DNA of 64,000 bases from Octopus bimaculoides (taxonomy: Eukaryota): contig NC_068985.1 in assembly GCF_001194135.2 (NCBI RefSeq), positions 62,593,279 to 62,657,278 of the forward strand, read 5' to 3'. This document shows positions 36,003 through 48,229 of this stretch, in pieces (the first letter of the stretch is position 1; each line of letters begins with the position of its first letter). The notes beneath the pieces were generated by a model. It searched no databases. It worked only from the letters and a program-made list of their open reading frames with translations, and was not told the DNA's origin. A program made the position numbers and the translations under genes.

Positions 36003-38040
36003 CGCACCCTTAGAGTTGGCACACTCAACGTGGGCACATTAAAAGGTAGATCTGGTGAGATTGTTGAGATGCTGGAATGAAGGTGTGTAGACATGTGTTG
36101 TATTCAAGAAGTAAGATGAAGAGCAGCTTCAGCTAGGTTCTTCACAATCAAAAAACATAAGTACAAAATCTTCTTGGCAGGAAATAGTGATGCAGTTGGT
36201 GGTGTGGGCATACTTCTTGCTGAGAAATAGGTTAATAAGGTGATCAAAGTAATCAGGGATTGTGATAGCATACTTAAGCTTAGACGAGTATTGCAAAGTA
36301 GAACAGTAACTATTATTTATGCCCTATGCTCCTCAACCAGGGTTGCCAAATGAACAGAAAGATCGATTTTATAACACCCTTTTGCAGATTACCTCATCAA
36401 CAAATGACACTGACCTTCTCTTTGTAGTTGGTAACTTCAATGAGCATGCTGGGCAGCATCCAGGTGGCTCCCATAGAGTGCATGGAGTCAGTTCCCACAA
36501 TGAGGAGGGAACTAGGCTGCTGCAGTTCTGCAATGTAAATGACCTTATGATCTGCAATACTGACTTCAGGAAACTAGCCAGTTACCAGTTCATCTAGCAG
36601 TCAGATAGCCATACAAGACAGATTGATTACATTCTCACCAGAAAGTGAGAAAAATGGTTGCTTATAAATGCAAAGATCTTCCCAAGTGAAGAGTGCACTC
36701 CTGAACATAAGGTTAGTCATTAGTGACTTCACACACCAGGCTAAAAGGATGCCAAAAAGCAAACCAGTCTAGAAAAGAAACATCTGGAAGCTTAAAGATC
36801 CTCTACGATTTAGAGAGATTCTAACTGAAGCATTTGGTGAGAGGGAGGAGATAGTAACATATAACATAGAGACAAATGGAGGTTTGTACAGAACAATTTA
36901 ATGAGGACCACTGACCAAATTTGTGGCTTGTGCAAAGTCCCAACCAGACCTAAGATGACCTGATCATGGAACAGTATAGTAGACAGAGCAATTAGAGTAA
37001 AGAAATAGGCCTAAAAAGACTGGAAAAGCTCCCAGTCCATCATGAATCATGGCTAAAATACTTAAAATATTTGACAGAGTAAGATATAGCCTAGTCACCC
37101 ATATAGTTAATAAGGTTCTCCATGAAGGAGTCAAACCCAACAACTGGTGTGCATTATAGTGAACTGTAACAAGGGTAAAGGTGATGCCTTAGACAAAAAT
37201 AATTACAGAGGTATCAAATAGCTGGACCAGGTGATGAAAATTACAGAGAGGGTCATAGCTCAACTAATTAGGAAGAGAGTTAATCTAGATGAGATGCAGT
37301 TTGGTTTTGCACCAGGGAAAAGCACTACTGATGCCATCTTCCTGGTAAGGTAACTGCAGAAGATTTTTAGCAAACAAATTGTAGATGCAAGTGCTACCAA
37401 TTGAAAGTTCTGCATATTAGATGCAAGCAAGTTTATGGGGTCATCAGAAGAGAATGCATGCCATTTTGGGGGGCCTTCCTCTCAACAGCATCATTGCACA
37501 CCAGCACCATCTCACTGAAATGAGGCCCTGCTTGCTACATCAACTGGTTATTAGGTCAATATTCTTCTAACCATTGCTCATCATCTCTTTTTAACCAAAT
37601 CCAGTGGTTTCTCTTCCCCACTAAAGTCTGGATATCACCCATGGTGATATTTGCTTTAGCCAAAAATAAACCTCTGTACTTGGCTTTTGCCAACAAAGAG
37701 AAAGCCTTTGACAAGGTAACACTACTCCCTTATCTGGTCAATGCAGAAACTAGGAATAGATGAGTGGTTGGTGGGAGCTGTACAAGCCATGTACAGGGAT
37801 GTTGTCAATAAGATGCAAGTCGACAATGAATATAGCAATGAATTTAGTGTACATGTTGGAGTTCATGAAAAATCAGTTCTCAGGCCCCCTCTTGTTTATC
37901 AGTTCTCCAGGCCATAACAGATGAATTTAAGACTAGCTACCCTTGGGAGCTCCTCTGTGCTGATGACCTTGTTCTCATAGCTGAATTACTACCAGAACAA
38001 GAGAAATTTCAGGTGTGGAAGCAAGGTCTGGAACCTTATG
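36003..38040 (+). mobile_element. Degenerate RTE LINE (APE endonuclease plus RT)
   Basis: TLRVGTLNVGTLKGRSGEIVEML, CIQEV, YAPQPG, QIDYIL, NYRGIK.LDQVMK, QFGF.PGKSTTDA and PWELL.ADDL. Confidence 0.85.
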
Positions 38041-39296
38041 CAGTACCAGGTAGTGGCTCTCATGGCATTTGGTCTAAACTGATTGGAAGTGTTATCATGT
38101 ACATTGTTTTGTCTTGGTATAAAAGATGGGCTACAGCAAATATTATTCTCAATACCACAGATTTGCTTGTCGGTTGTTTGACCATGACAAGTTGAGCATG
38201 TCCCTTAGTGGCTGACACTATGAGCATCTCCAATCACAAGCAGAAGTGGTGGGGTAGCATCATAGCCGTGTGTTGAGAGGAATTCTTTGGGGTTTGAATA
38301 ATTCGCCTCTGGTAATATGGGTGTTTTGTTCATCATCCTTAAACAAACCTTATTCAGGGACCTTTTGAGCAGGATGGGCTACTCAACCTGAAGAAAATTC
38401 TAACTGAACCTACCTGCAAGGCCATGTGCTGTTTATCTTGATATGAAATCACCATGTCGCACTTATATGGTTGTGATGCATGTGCCTAATGTACCCTTAT
38501 CAGACAGGTAGTCATGATGGGTATATTGGACTTTGTATATTTGTACACCAGTGTCACTTTGATTGCATGTGCTACTCTCTCACTCAATGATAATAACGAT
38601 AATTACCTATTAATTAAAACTTGTTCTGCAATTGACTTTTTATGGTGTTGATACATTTGCTTCTCATTAATATTTCTTCTTGGGAAATTAGACTGATCGC
38701 CAGAAGATATATTCTTTCTAAATAAAAGTAAACAAAATATATGAGAGAGATTATTGACTCAAAAAAGAATAATTTTTGTAGAGTGCATGTTCATAAATGG
38801 GGCAGTACTTTAGTATCCAGCATTAATTAGATGACAGTGTACTTCAATATTCAGTATTAATATAAGGCAGAGTACAAGAGTAATCAATATTAGGTAGACT
38901 ACATCAGTATTCAACATTAGGAAGAGTACTGTGTTATTCAGTATTAGATATAGTTTTTATACAATGGTCATTTATCAACTTTCACCTCCATACTCTCACC
39001 TTTGATGTTCAACATTCTTATAGATACAATCATTAAACCTTGACACCATTTCACATTACACTTCCATATAAAATGTGATAGTAATGTAGTGTGGTATGAT
39101 AATGTAATGTGATGTGATGGTGGTGTAATGAGGTGATTGAAATGTATAAAAGGTTGCAAATAATTGATATTTTTGTTGCCCCTTGTTGTTACAACATCAC
39201 AGAACAAGCATCCAATTTAACAGAAAATTTTCAAACATTTCCAAAACTAGCCACCAAATTCCCAGGAAAATAAAATATGAGATTCACACCATACAC

Positions 39297-39405
39297 CTTG
39301 GACACAAACTAAATCCTTGCCTTCCATCAGACACCAGAAATAAGGAAATCCAGAAACTCCAAGAACTCAGTGTCTGACAGAATGATAGACCTTCATCAAA
39401 AACAC
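39297..39405 (-). CDS. Candidate coding exon (109 nt)
   Basis: Acceptor AATCTTTAG; single open frame VFDEGLSFCQTLSSWSFWISLFLVSDGRQGFSLCP; ends phase 2, compatible with the 28144 exon; donor GTGTAT is weak. Confidence 0.35.
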
Positions 39406-39439
39406 CTAAAGATTAATGGAATTGTTACATTCACCATTT

Positions 39440-39690
39440 TCTTTTATCTTTTACTTGTTTCAATCATTAGACTGCAGTCATGCTGGGGCACCACTTTGAA
39501 GAGTTTTTAGTTTGATGAATCAACCCCAGTACTTTTTTTCTTTAGACATGGTACTTTTCCTATCAATCTCTTTAGACGAACTGCTAAGTTACAGGAATGT
39601 AAGCACACTAACACCAGTTGTGAAGTGATGGTGGGGAACAAACACAGACACACACACATACATACATACACACACACACATATATANNNN
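39440..39690 (-). mobile_element. SINE 3' half (same family as 997-1233)
   Basis: Sequence similarity including the GGTGCCCCAGCATG..CAGTC..GA(T/C)TGAAAC tail. Confidence 0.75.
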
Positions 39691-39696
39691 NNNNNN

Positions 39697-39730
<34 letters not shown>

Positions 39731-40824
39731 AAATATAAGATATGTATGAGTCCACTACATATAAATATAAGATCCATGGATTGAGATGTAGGAAAAAAGT
39801 TGACTTCAAGCAATCTGTAGTAAATATAAAAAACAACTTTCAGGGACAATAGTGGTTTGTTGAGAAGGAAGGTTGTGGATTTTTTAATGTATTGAAGTAT
39901 AATAAACTGAAAAAAGTTCTTTGTATAGGTAACCAGGGTTGCCGGGTGTGCAAATAAGAATAGAAGAGTTAAGGAATGGAGTAGNNNNNNNNNNNNNNNN
40001 NNNNNNNNNNNNNNNNNNNNNNNNNNNNNNNNNNNNNNNNNNNNNNNNNNNNNNNNNNNNNNNNNNNNNNNNNNNNNNNNNNNNNNNNNNNNNNNNNNNN
40101 NNNNNNNNNNNNNNNNNNNNNNNNNNNNNNNNNNNNNNNNNNNNNNNNNNNNNNNNNNNNNNNNNNNNNNNNNNNNNNNNNNNNNNNNNNNNNNNNNNNN
40201 NNNNNNNNNNNNNNNNNNNNNNNNNNNNNNNNNNNNNNNNNNNNNNNNNNNNNNNNNNNNNNNNNNNNNNNNNNNNNNNNNNNNNNNNNNNNNNNNNNNN
40301 NNNNNNNNNNNNNNNNNNNNNNNNNNNNNNNNNNNNNNNNNNNNNNNNNNNNNNNNNNNNNNNNNNNNNNNNNNNNNNNNNNNNNNNNNNNNNNNNNNNN
40401 NNNNNNNNNNNNNNNNNNNNNNNNNNNNNNNNNNNNNNNNNNNNNNNNNNNNNNNNNNNNNNNNNNNNNNNNNNNNNNNNNNNNNNNNNNNNNNNNNNNN
40501 NNNNNNNNNNNNNNNNNNNNNNNNNNNNNNNNNNNNNNNNNNNNNNNNNNNNNNNNNNNNNNNNNNNNNNNNNNNNNNNNNNNNNNNNNNNNNNNNNNNN
40601 NNNNNNNNNNNNNNNNNNNNNNNNNNNNNNNNNNNNNNNNNNNNNNNNNNNNNNNNNNNNNNNNNNNNNNNNNNNNNNNNNNNNNNNNNNNNNNNNNNNN
40701 NNNNNNNNNNNNNNNNNNNNNNNNNNNNNNNNNNNNNNNNNNNNNNNNNNNNNNNNNNNNNNNNNNNNNNNNNNNNNNNNNNNNNNNNNNNNNNNNNNNN
40801 NNNNNNNNNNNNNNNNNNNNNNNN

Positions 40825-40863
<39 letters not shown>

Positions 40864-40894
40864 CGCGCGCGTGTGCATGCTTGCGTGCGTGCGT

Positions 40895-41073
40895 GTCCCA
40901 CTACTGCTTCACAGCCGGTGCTGGTGTGTTTACATCTCCGTAACTTAGCAGTTTAGCAAAGAGATCAATAGAATAAGTATCAGGCTTTTAAAAAAATAAG
41001 TACTGGGGTCAATTCATTTAACTAAAAATTCTTCAAGGCAGTGCCCCAGCATGGTCACAGTCTAATACCTGAA
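40895..41073 (+). mobile_element. SINE 3' half (same family as 997-1233)
   Basis: GCTGGTGTGTTTACATCTCCGTAACTTAGC...GTGCCCCAGCATGGTCACAGTC. Confidence 0.75.
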
Positions 41074-42597
41074 GTAGTATATCATATTTAATCTTTATAA
41101 CATTCTAAATAAAGTACCACATTGATATGTCCCTGCTAAATACACCGTATCTTATGTAGATGATATCACACACCTTGCCATCATTTCCCAACTACTGCAA
41201 CTTTGTATCAAACAAATATCTTCACTGAAAATTGTGTTTTAATAGATTAACTTACATTTCATGCCAGTCTCTTTCTTAACCTAATTAGAATCTATGACTC
41301 TTGATCTTTGAAGTGAGGCAGAATAGGAGGTGAGATACAAGTAGAAGGTAGGATTTGATAACAGGTATGATACAGTAGGTAGGGCAATGGAAAGAGAGAT
41401 AGATGTGTGTGATAGAGAGAAGACAAAGAGAGTATTGTAATAGCAGTGATAAAAGAAGCACTGTAAGGTATACCAGTGGTCAAGTGTTGTTGGTGAGTAA
41501 ATCCTTGCTAATCAGTGGAACAGCTTCGTTTTTTTTGTTTGTATAGCAGCAACAGCAGAGTACTTACATAGTACTTACCAGAGCTCTACCTTTACACCCT
41601 TTTTATTTATTATAATTCAAATATTTCTTGCACTTCAAAAAGTATACAATATAACCAGTGAAGAAAAATATATGGGGAAACAAGTTGCTATCTGCATAAT
41701 ACAAACACAATTAATTTGGAATAAAGTTATTTTCCTTTCTTTTTTAAAATGAAAGAGTTACCACATGATTTGTGTGTTATATGATTAACGATTTCACAAA
41801 AATCAACTTACAAGTTTTGCTGTGGCAAATTCATACTAATTAGCTGGAAAGCATCATCTAATAAGTTATGCATTTTAACACATGTTTGTTGTAAAGTGTC
41901 AGGTTGTCTCCTCCATAGTTTATCATCATCATACAGTTCATTCTGCAAATATTCATTATTTTGATGAAAAATATCAAAGAACGTTTCCTTTTTTCATTTA
42001 AATCTCAGTGAAGTTAAAATGTTACATTTCATCAAAATAAAAATACAATAAAATGAATAAATAAAATACAAAACATTCCTATTATTTAAATCTAATTAAA
42101 TACAAATGAGTACTTATTTAACAATATACTTTGCAGAGTATTATTGATATTTAATCAATTGTTGATTGAGTTTAAATTGAGAAAGCCAACAACAAAAGCT
42201 TATATTTCAGATGGTTGCAAAATATTAATTTAAAATAAATGCAATACTAAAAATATAAAAAATATTTTTATCAATTATTGTAATTATTTGCAATATTTTA
42301 AGAATACAAAACAGTTTGACAGTGAAAAGATAAAAAAAAAAATAACCAGAAACATTGGTTAAATTTTTTTTTAAAGTTAAAAATAAAACAAAACAATAGG
42401 AAACAACTATATTGTGGATTTTCATTAAATTGTTACAATTTATTTTTGCTTTTCAAGATACCACAAAGAAGAGGGCATAACAATTACTAAAACCCTGAAT
42501 ATATAATTTAACAAAGTAGAATATTCACAAAATGATATTCAATAAATCCTAATCAAAAATGGTACTTAAAAGATGGAACTCAATAAATGATACTTAC

Positions 42598-42652
42598 TAA
42601 ACTGCTTTCTTTGAAAGAGTTCACATCAGAAGCATGCTTGAGGTTGCATTTT
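42598..42652 (-). CDS. Candidate coding exon (55 nt)
   Basis: Acceptor TCTTTTCATATCCTCTAAG and donor GTAAGT; open frame KCNLKHASDVNSFKESSL. Confidence 0.35.
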
Positions 42653-45466
42653 CTTAGAGGATATGAAAAGACAAGATATTATAACACATCATAAATAACA
42701 ACTAGCTTGCCACAGCACCACATTATAAGGAACCAAAATTTGTATAACATTATAAATAGTATGATTTGTTAAATGGGCAATGACATGTCCCATATAAGGA
42801 CACACTGGGTAGTCTTGTCCAAATTACAGTATGTCAGAAAAATTTCAGGATGATTACCTTAAGTCATCAGTCTACTTGATCAAATTGACTTGATGTCAGT
42901 CCTTTTGATTTCATTCTACCTGAGACAGTCTCTGGTTCAATAATATAAATTTTCTGTTGTAAAGTGAGCTAAATTAAAATCTTCCATCACAATTTCAAGT
43001 CAATTTATGTTCCAAATACTAGTTTAGTAATGACAAAGTTACTTTACAGTCTGAAGGATATTGTTGTAGAGCAAACTGACACCCCTGCACATGACTATCA
43101 GTGGACCAGGCGAGTCTATAAATAGATGAGCCAGTAAAGATTTAAGGTCGAAATGTGAGAGCATTAGTCTCGTAATTGATTCTGCGTTGGAGTGTTATTG
43201 TGCAAACGGTTATAATAAGGTAACCAATTCTTGTTACACTGTTTTTTATTATACAGTTATATTTGGTATTGTGATATATTGTTACACACACACATCATAT
43301 ATCATCAATGACGATATAACAATCGGTGATGAGAAGTGTTTGAGGCTCACTTGAATTATTGTGAATTGTACATTTTTTGTTTATGAGAACAAAAAATTCA
43401 TCTTGTTTATCATGGAAGAATTATAATCAACCATGATAGAGTTGCAAAAACAGCAACACAGGGTTTTACATGTTCTCCTCAAGGAAATGAAAAATGCTAC
43501 AAATGCATTTACACCAGATTCATTGGCAAGCTCTATCAACAAATTTAGATATAATCCAGACAAAGGTGTCACATTTGCTGCTTATTATAGTCAGTTTGAG
43601 GAAATATTAAAGCATATTCAGACTGGGAAGAAGACCAGAAGACTAGCTTTTGCTAAGAAAATTAGCACTAGTGAAACATGAAAAGTATATTAATTATATA
43701 CTACTCCCAAAATCTGGAGAATTACGATTTGAAGATACAATAAGCACACTATCAAAACTTTTTAGTGAAAAAAGATCTTTGTTCAACACAAAATGGTCCA
43801 GTTTAAATTTGACAAAAAAATGTAGAGAATGATTTCATAATATATGCCAGAATAGTAAACCGTGAGTGTGAAAAGTTCGAGTTAAATGAACTATCAATGG
43901 ATATGTTTAAGTTCCTGATAATTCATTCAAGGACTAACAGCACAATAGGATTCAGAAATTCGCATAAGGATATTGAACTATGATATCACTCTTCAACAGA
44001 TATCAGAAGACTGCCAATGGATAATAAATCTTAAACAGGAATGCGATATATCAAACATACAGGCTATAAGGTCAAAGAAAAACATTAGAAAGTGCAAAGT
44101 GGATCCATGCACAAGATGTGGTCAAATACATGACCGTTATAACTGTCCATTCAAAAAACTTAAATGTTTCAGGTGTGGTTTTCAAGGTTACAAAAGTTCT
44201 CATTGTTGCACAAAAATAAGAAAAGAATCCAAAAATTATGCATATAGGAAACACAGGATCACAAAACACATAGTTTTTAAATAAATGGAACAAAAGTCAG
44301 ATTACAGCTTAATACTGGCAGTGATATAACCATATTAAATAACAAAACATGGAGTGTAAACTGGTACTAAGTAAAAATACAAAAGCTGCAAGAGATGTTT
44401 CAGGAAGAAAATTACTGTTTAGAGGTGAATTCAATTGCAATGTGACTTTCTGAGGTAGAACAATAAGAGCAAAGGCTTATGTACTAAATAATACCAATAA
44501 TTTATTTGGAATGAATTGGATGGAGAAATTTGATCTCTGGGATTTACTCATTAGCCACTATTGCAAAAATGTAATAGGTACAGGCACAAGTTTTAACACC
44601 AGCTTGGACAAATTGCAAAAAGAATTAAAGAAAAAATTCCCAGATGTGTTTTCAGATGAACTAGGTGCATATTTGTAAACAAAAGCAAAATTTGAGATAA
44701 CAGAGAATGCAGTACCAATTTTTAAACCAAAAAGAAATGTGCCGTCATACACAGCATTAGAACAGATAAACTTAAAGATACTAGAAAAAATTGGAGCTGT
44801 TCAAAAAGTAAAATATTCTCAATGAGCATCACTAACTGTATACGTTAAGAAAAAGAATAAAATCAGAGTGTGTGCTGATTTTTCCACTAGGTTAAACAAA
44901 TGTTCAACTATCTGCTACCTACTCCAGAGGACACATTTACAAAATTAAATAGTGGCAAGATATTTTTTAAATTGGGTTTCTCTAATATATATATATCTAT
45001 AAATTAAAGTAGATAATGAATGCTCTAAGTACCTAACAATGAACACAAATAAAGGACTGCATAAATACAACAGGTTACCGTTTGGCATAAAAGTCATACC
45101 AGCAATCTTCCAACAGATTATGGATGTAATGTTAACGGACTATGAATTTGCAATTGCATATCTCGATGACATTGATTAAGAGTGAATCAAGAAGTCTGTA
45201 TGTACAACATGTGAAAATGGTATTTAAATAACTGAGTGAATACAGGTTCAAACTGAGAACAGATAAGTGTGATTTCTTTTTGCCTAAAATTAGATATTTA
45301 AGGCAATTCATAGATAGAAAGGGTTTGCGTCCAGATCCTTTTAGGGCATCAGCAAGTAAAAATATGCCCCTGCCAAAGAATGTGGCAACATTACAAACGT
45401 TTTTGGGTTTGGTGAATTATTACCAGATTTACATCTCTAATTTTCATAACTTGCATGCACCATTAA

Positions 45467-45687
45467 CCCTTTGATGCCAACGTGCCTGAAACCACCTCTG
45501 GCTCTGTAGTACAAATGTCTTTGTTTCAAAAGTTCTGAATTAAAATCTTCCACCAAATTTTAGTCACAATTTATACTCCTAACACTAGCTTAATGATAAC
45601 TAAGTTAGTTTACTAAATTCTTTGTAACATTTAAAATTAATTGAAAGAGACACAGAGCACCTCAACAGAAATATGGTAACAAAAGGG
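45467..45687. mobile_element. piggyBac-type MITE nested in the Gypsy pol
   Basis: TTAA TSD on both sides (45463-45466 and 45688-45691); imperfect TIRs beginning CCCTTT. Confidence 0.75.
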
Positions 45688-45797
45688 TTAAATTACCTGC
45701 TAAAGAAAGGAATAAAATGGAATTGGACACAAAAATGCCAAGAAGCCTTCAAACAGTTAAGATTTACTAACTTCTGAGATATCTTTAGCACACTATG

Positions 45798-46117
45798 ATC
45801 ATCATCATCGTCGTTTAACGTCCGCTTTCCATGCTAGCATGGGTTGGATGATTTGACTGAGGACTGGTGGACCAGGAGGTGACACCAGGCTCCAATCTGA
45901 TTTGGCAGAGTTTCTACAGCTGGATGCCCTTCCTAATGCCAACCACTCCGAGAATGTAGTGGGTGCTTTTACGTGCCACTGGCACAAGGGCCAGTCAGGC
46001 GGTACTGGCGATGGCCACGCTCGAAATGGTGTATTTTACATGCCACCTGCACAGGAGCCAGTCCATCGGCACTGGCAACGATCTCGCTCGAATGTCTTTT
46101 CACGTGCCAGTGGCACA
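45798..46117 (-). mobile_element. RTE 3'UTR fragment nested in the Gypsy between RT and RNase H
   Basis: Reverse complement of the RTE 3'UTR with an (ATC)n tail; it splits the Gypsy frame LAHYD | EIIVANASEYG. Confidence 0.85.
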
Positions 46118-48229
46118 TGAAAAGGGAAATTATAGTAGCAAATGCCAGTGAATATGGCATCAGAGTGGTAATTTTGCGTAAGTATGAAGATGGTAATACA
46201 AAACCTGTAGCACATGCATCACGTACACTATTGCCTGCTGAGAGGAATTACAGCTAGATTGACTAAGGAATCTTTGGCAATTATTTATGCTGTAAAAAAG
46301 TTCCATAAATTCATGCATGGCAGAAGGTTTTGTCTGCAAACCAATCATTGCCCGTTATTGACAATATTTGGCTCTAAGAAGGCCATCCCAGCACATACTG
46401 CCAATAGATTGCAGAGATGAGGAACCATTTTGTTGAACTACAATTTCAAAATGGAATACTCCTCTCAAAAAAGTTAAGCCACCCAGGCAGGTTATCTAGG
46501 TTAATACCTAAAACTGTTGAACCATTCAAAGAAAGTGTAATTGTACCATTAAAACTGAAATGGAGATAAAAAGCATTTTGTGTTATGTGATTAATGAATT
46601 GCCTGTAACCTTAGAAGAAATTAAAGCCAAAGCACTGAAAGATGACTATGAAAAAAATGAAGTAAATATATGCTGGATACACTGTATAAGTTTTTATTAT
46701 GTTTCCTGTATGCATCATTTTTGGATTCTTTGAAAGAAAATAAAGTAAATATATGCCGGACTGAAAATTTAAATTCAAACTCATATTCTGCATGAGACAA
46801 CATTCTAATGTATGCACAGAGGATTGTTGTACCATTTCCACTGCAAAAAAGAATTCTGAAAGATTTTCATGTTGGACATCCAGGAATGTTGTGCATGAGA
46901 AGCTATGTGCAATGTCTGAAGATGGATAAAGATATTGCAGATCCTGCAGAGGCTGACAACAAAATCACCTATTGTAAGACATCAACTATAGTCATAGACT
47001 GAGACACCATGGTCCAGGCTTCACATAGACTTCACTGGCCCAATATATGGAAACTATTTTCTTGTAGTAGTGGATAGTTACACAAAATGGCCAGAAGTAA
47101 ATGTAGATATCCTATGTATCTACAATAATTGATTTCCTCCATGAAATATTTGCTCGATATGGTATACTGGATACCATAGTAATGGGACAACTGCGATAAT
47201 GGGACACAGTTTACAGGATCTCAATTCAGAGATGCCTGCCAGATGTTCCAAACTGATCATGTATCCATGCCACCATATCACCCATGGTCAAATGGTCAGG
47301 TGGAACGGTTCGTGAACACTTTCAAGAGGGCACTAAGAAAAGTGAACCACAGAAGGATTTATGACCTGGCATTAATAAAATTTCTAAGGGTATATAGGGT
47401 ATATAGAGTTACTCCAAACCCAAATGCACCATCTAGTAAATCTAGAACAAATGTTCACGAGAAAGACTAAGCCCCTATTCAACAAAGAAAAAAGACTTGA
47501 AATAACAATAACGACAAAAGCACTACAACGAAAAGTTTTAAAGTAGGCGAAAAAGTGCTTTTTAAAATATACAGATATGGGAAACAATCATGGGAGGATG
47601 GTATTATTTGAAATAGGATTAGGAAAATGATCTAAATGGTAAAAAAGGCAAAAGGACAAGGGATTGATTTCAAAAGACATGCAAACCAGTTGAGAAAAAG
47701 ATACACTGAGAATAATAATAAAAGAATTGAAGAACCAATGGATTTTATGTACACTATGTTCGAAGTATTATTACCAGATGAAACTGACACATCTATTCGG
47801 AGTAGTATTAGAAGGAGGAAGTTTCCAGAGCATTTAATGGTTGGCTCAAAGAGGAAAAAGTATTGAATTCTGTTCGGAGTTGATTTGTCTTTTAAATGTG
47901 GGGGAGAAATTAAATTTTTAAAAATAAATGTGTTCACCCACACTCTACAGGAAGTGTATAGTTTAAAGGGGAGATGTGGAGTGAATTGACACACCCGCAT
48001 ATGACTGTCAATGGACTGGACAAGTCTATAAATAGATGAGCCAGTAGACAGTTGAGGTGGAACTGTGAGAGCGTTAGTCTCGTTATTGATTCTGCATTTG
48101 GAGTGTTATTGTGCAAACGGTTATAAGGTAACCAACTCTTGTTATATTGTTATATGGTTATATTTGATACAGTGACATACTGTTACACACACACACATCA
48201 TATATTGTCACTGATGACATAACAGATAT

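Larger units (their letters stand above)
43062..48224 (+). mobile_element. Full-length decayed Gypsy element (LTRs 43062-43321 and 47975-48224) with a 5 bp TSD
   Basis: Paired LTRs; PPT AAAGGGGAGA; TSD GATAT at 43057-43061 and 48225-48229. Gag knuckles CTRCGQIH..C and CFRCGFQG..SHC; RT; RNase H (ERNYS, GRRF.LQTNH.PL); integrase (FHVGHPG, HPWSNGQVERF). Confidence 0.9.

Noticed and set aside
39589-40943. ORFs of 310-429 aa (also 59657-60666, 4900-5139, 13620-14037, 33834-34147)
   Set aside because: They consist mostly of X from assembly-gap Ns.
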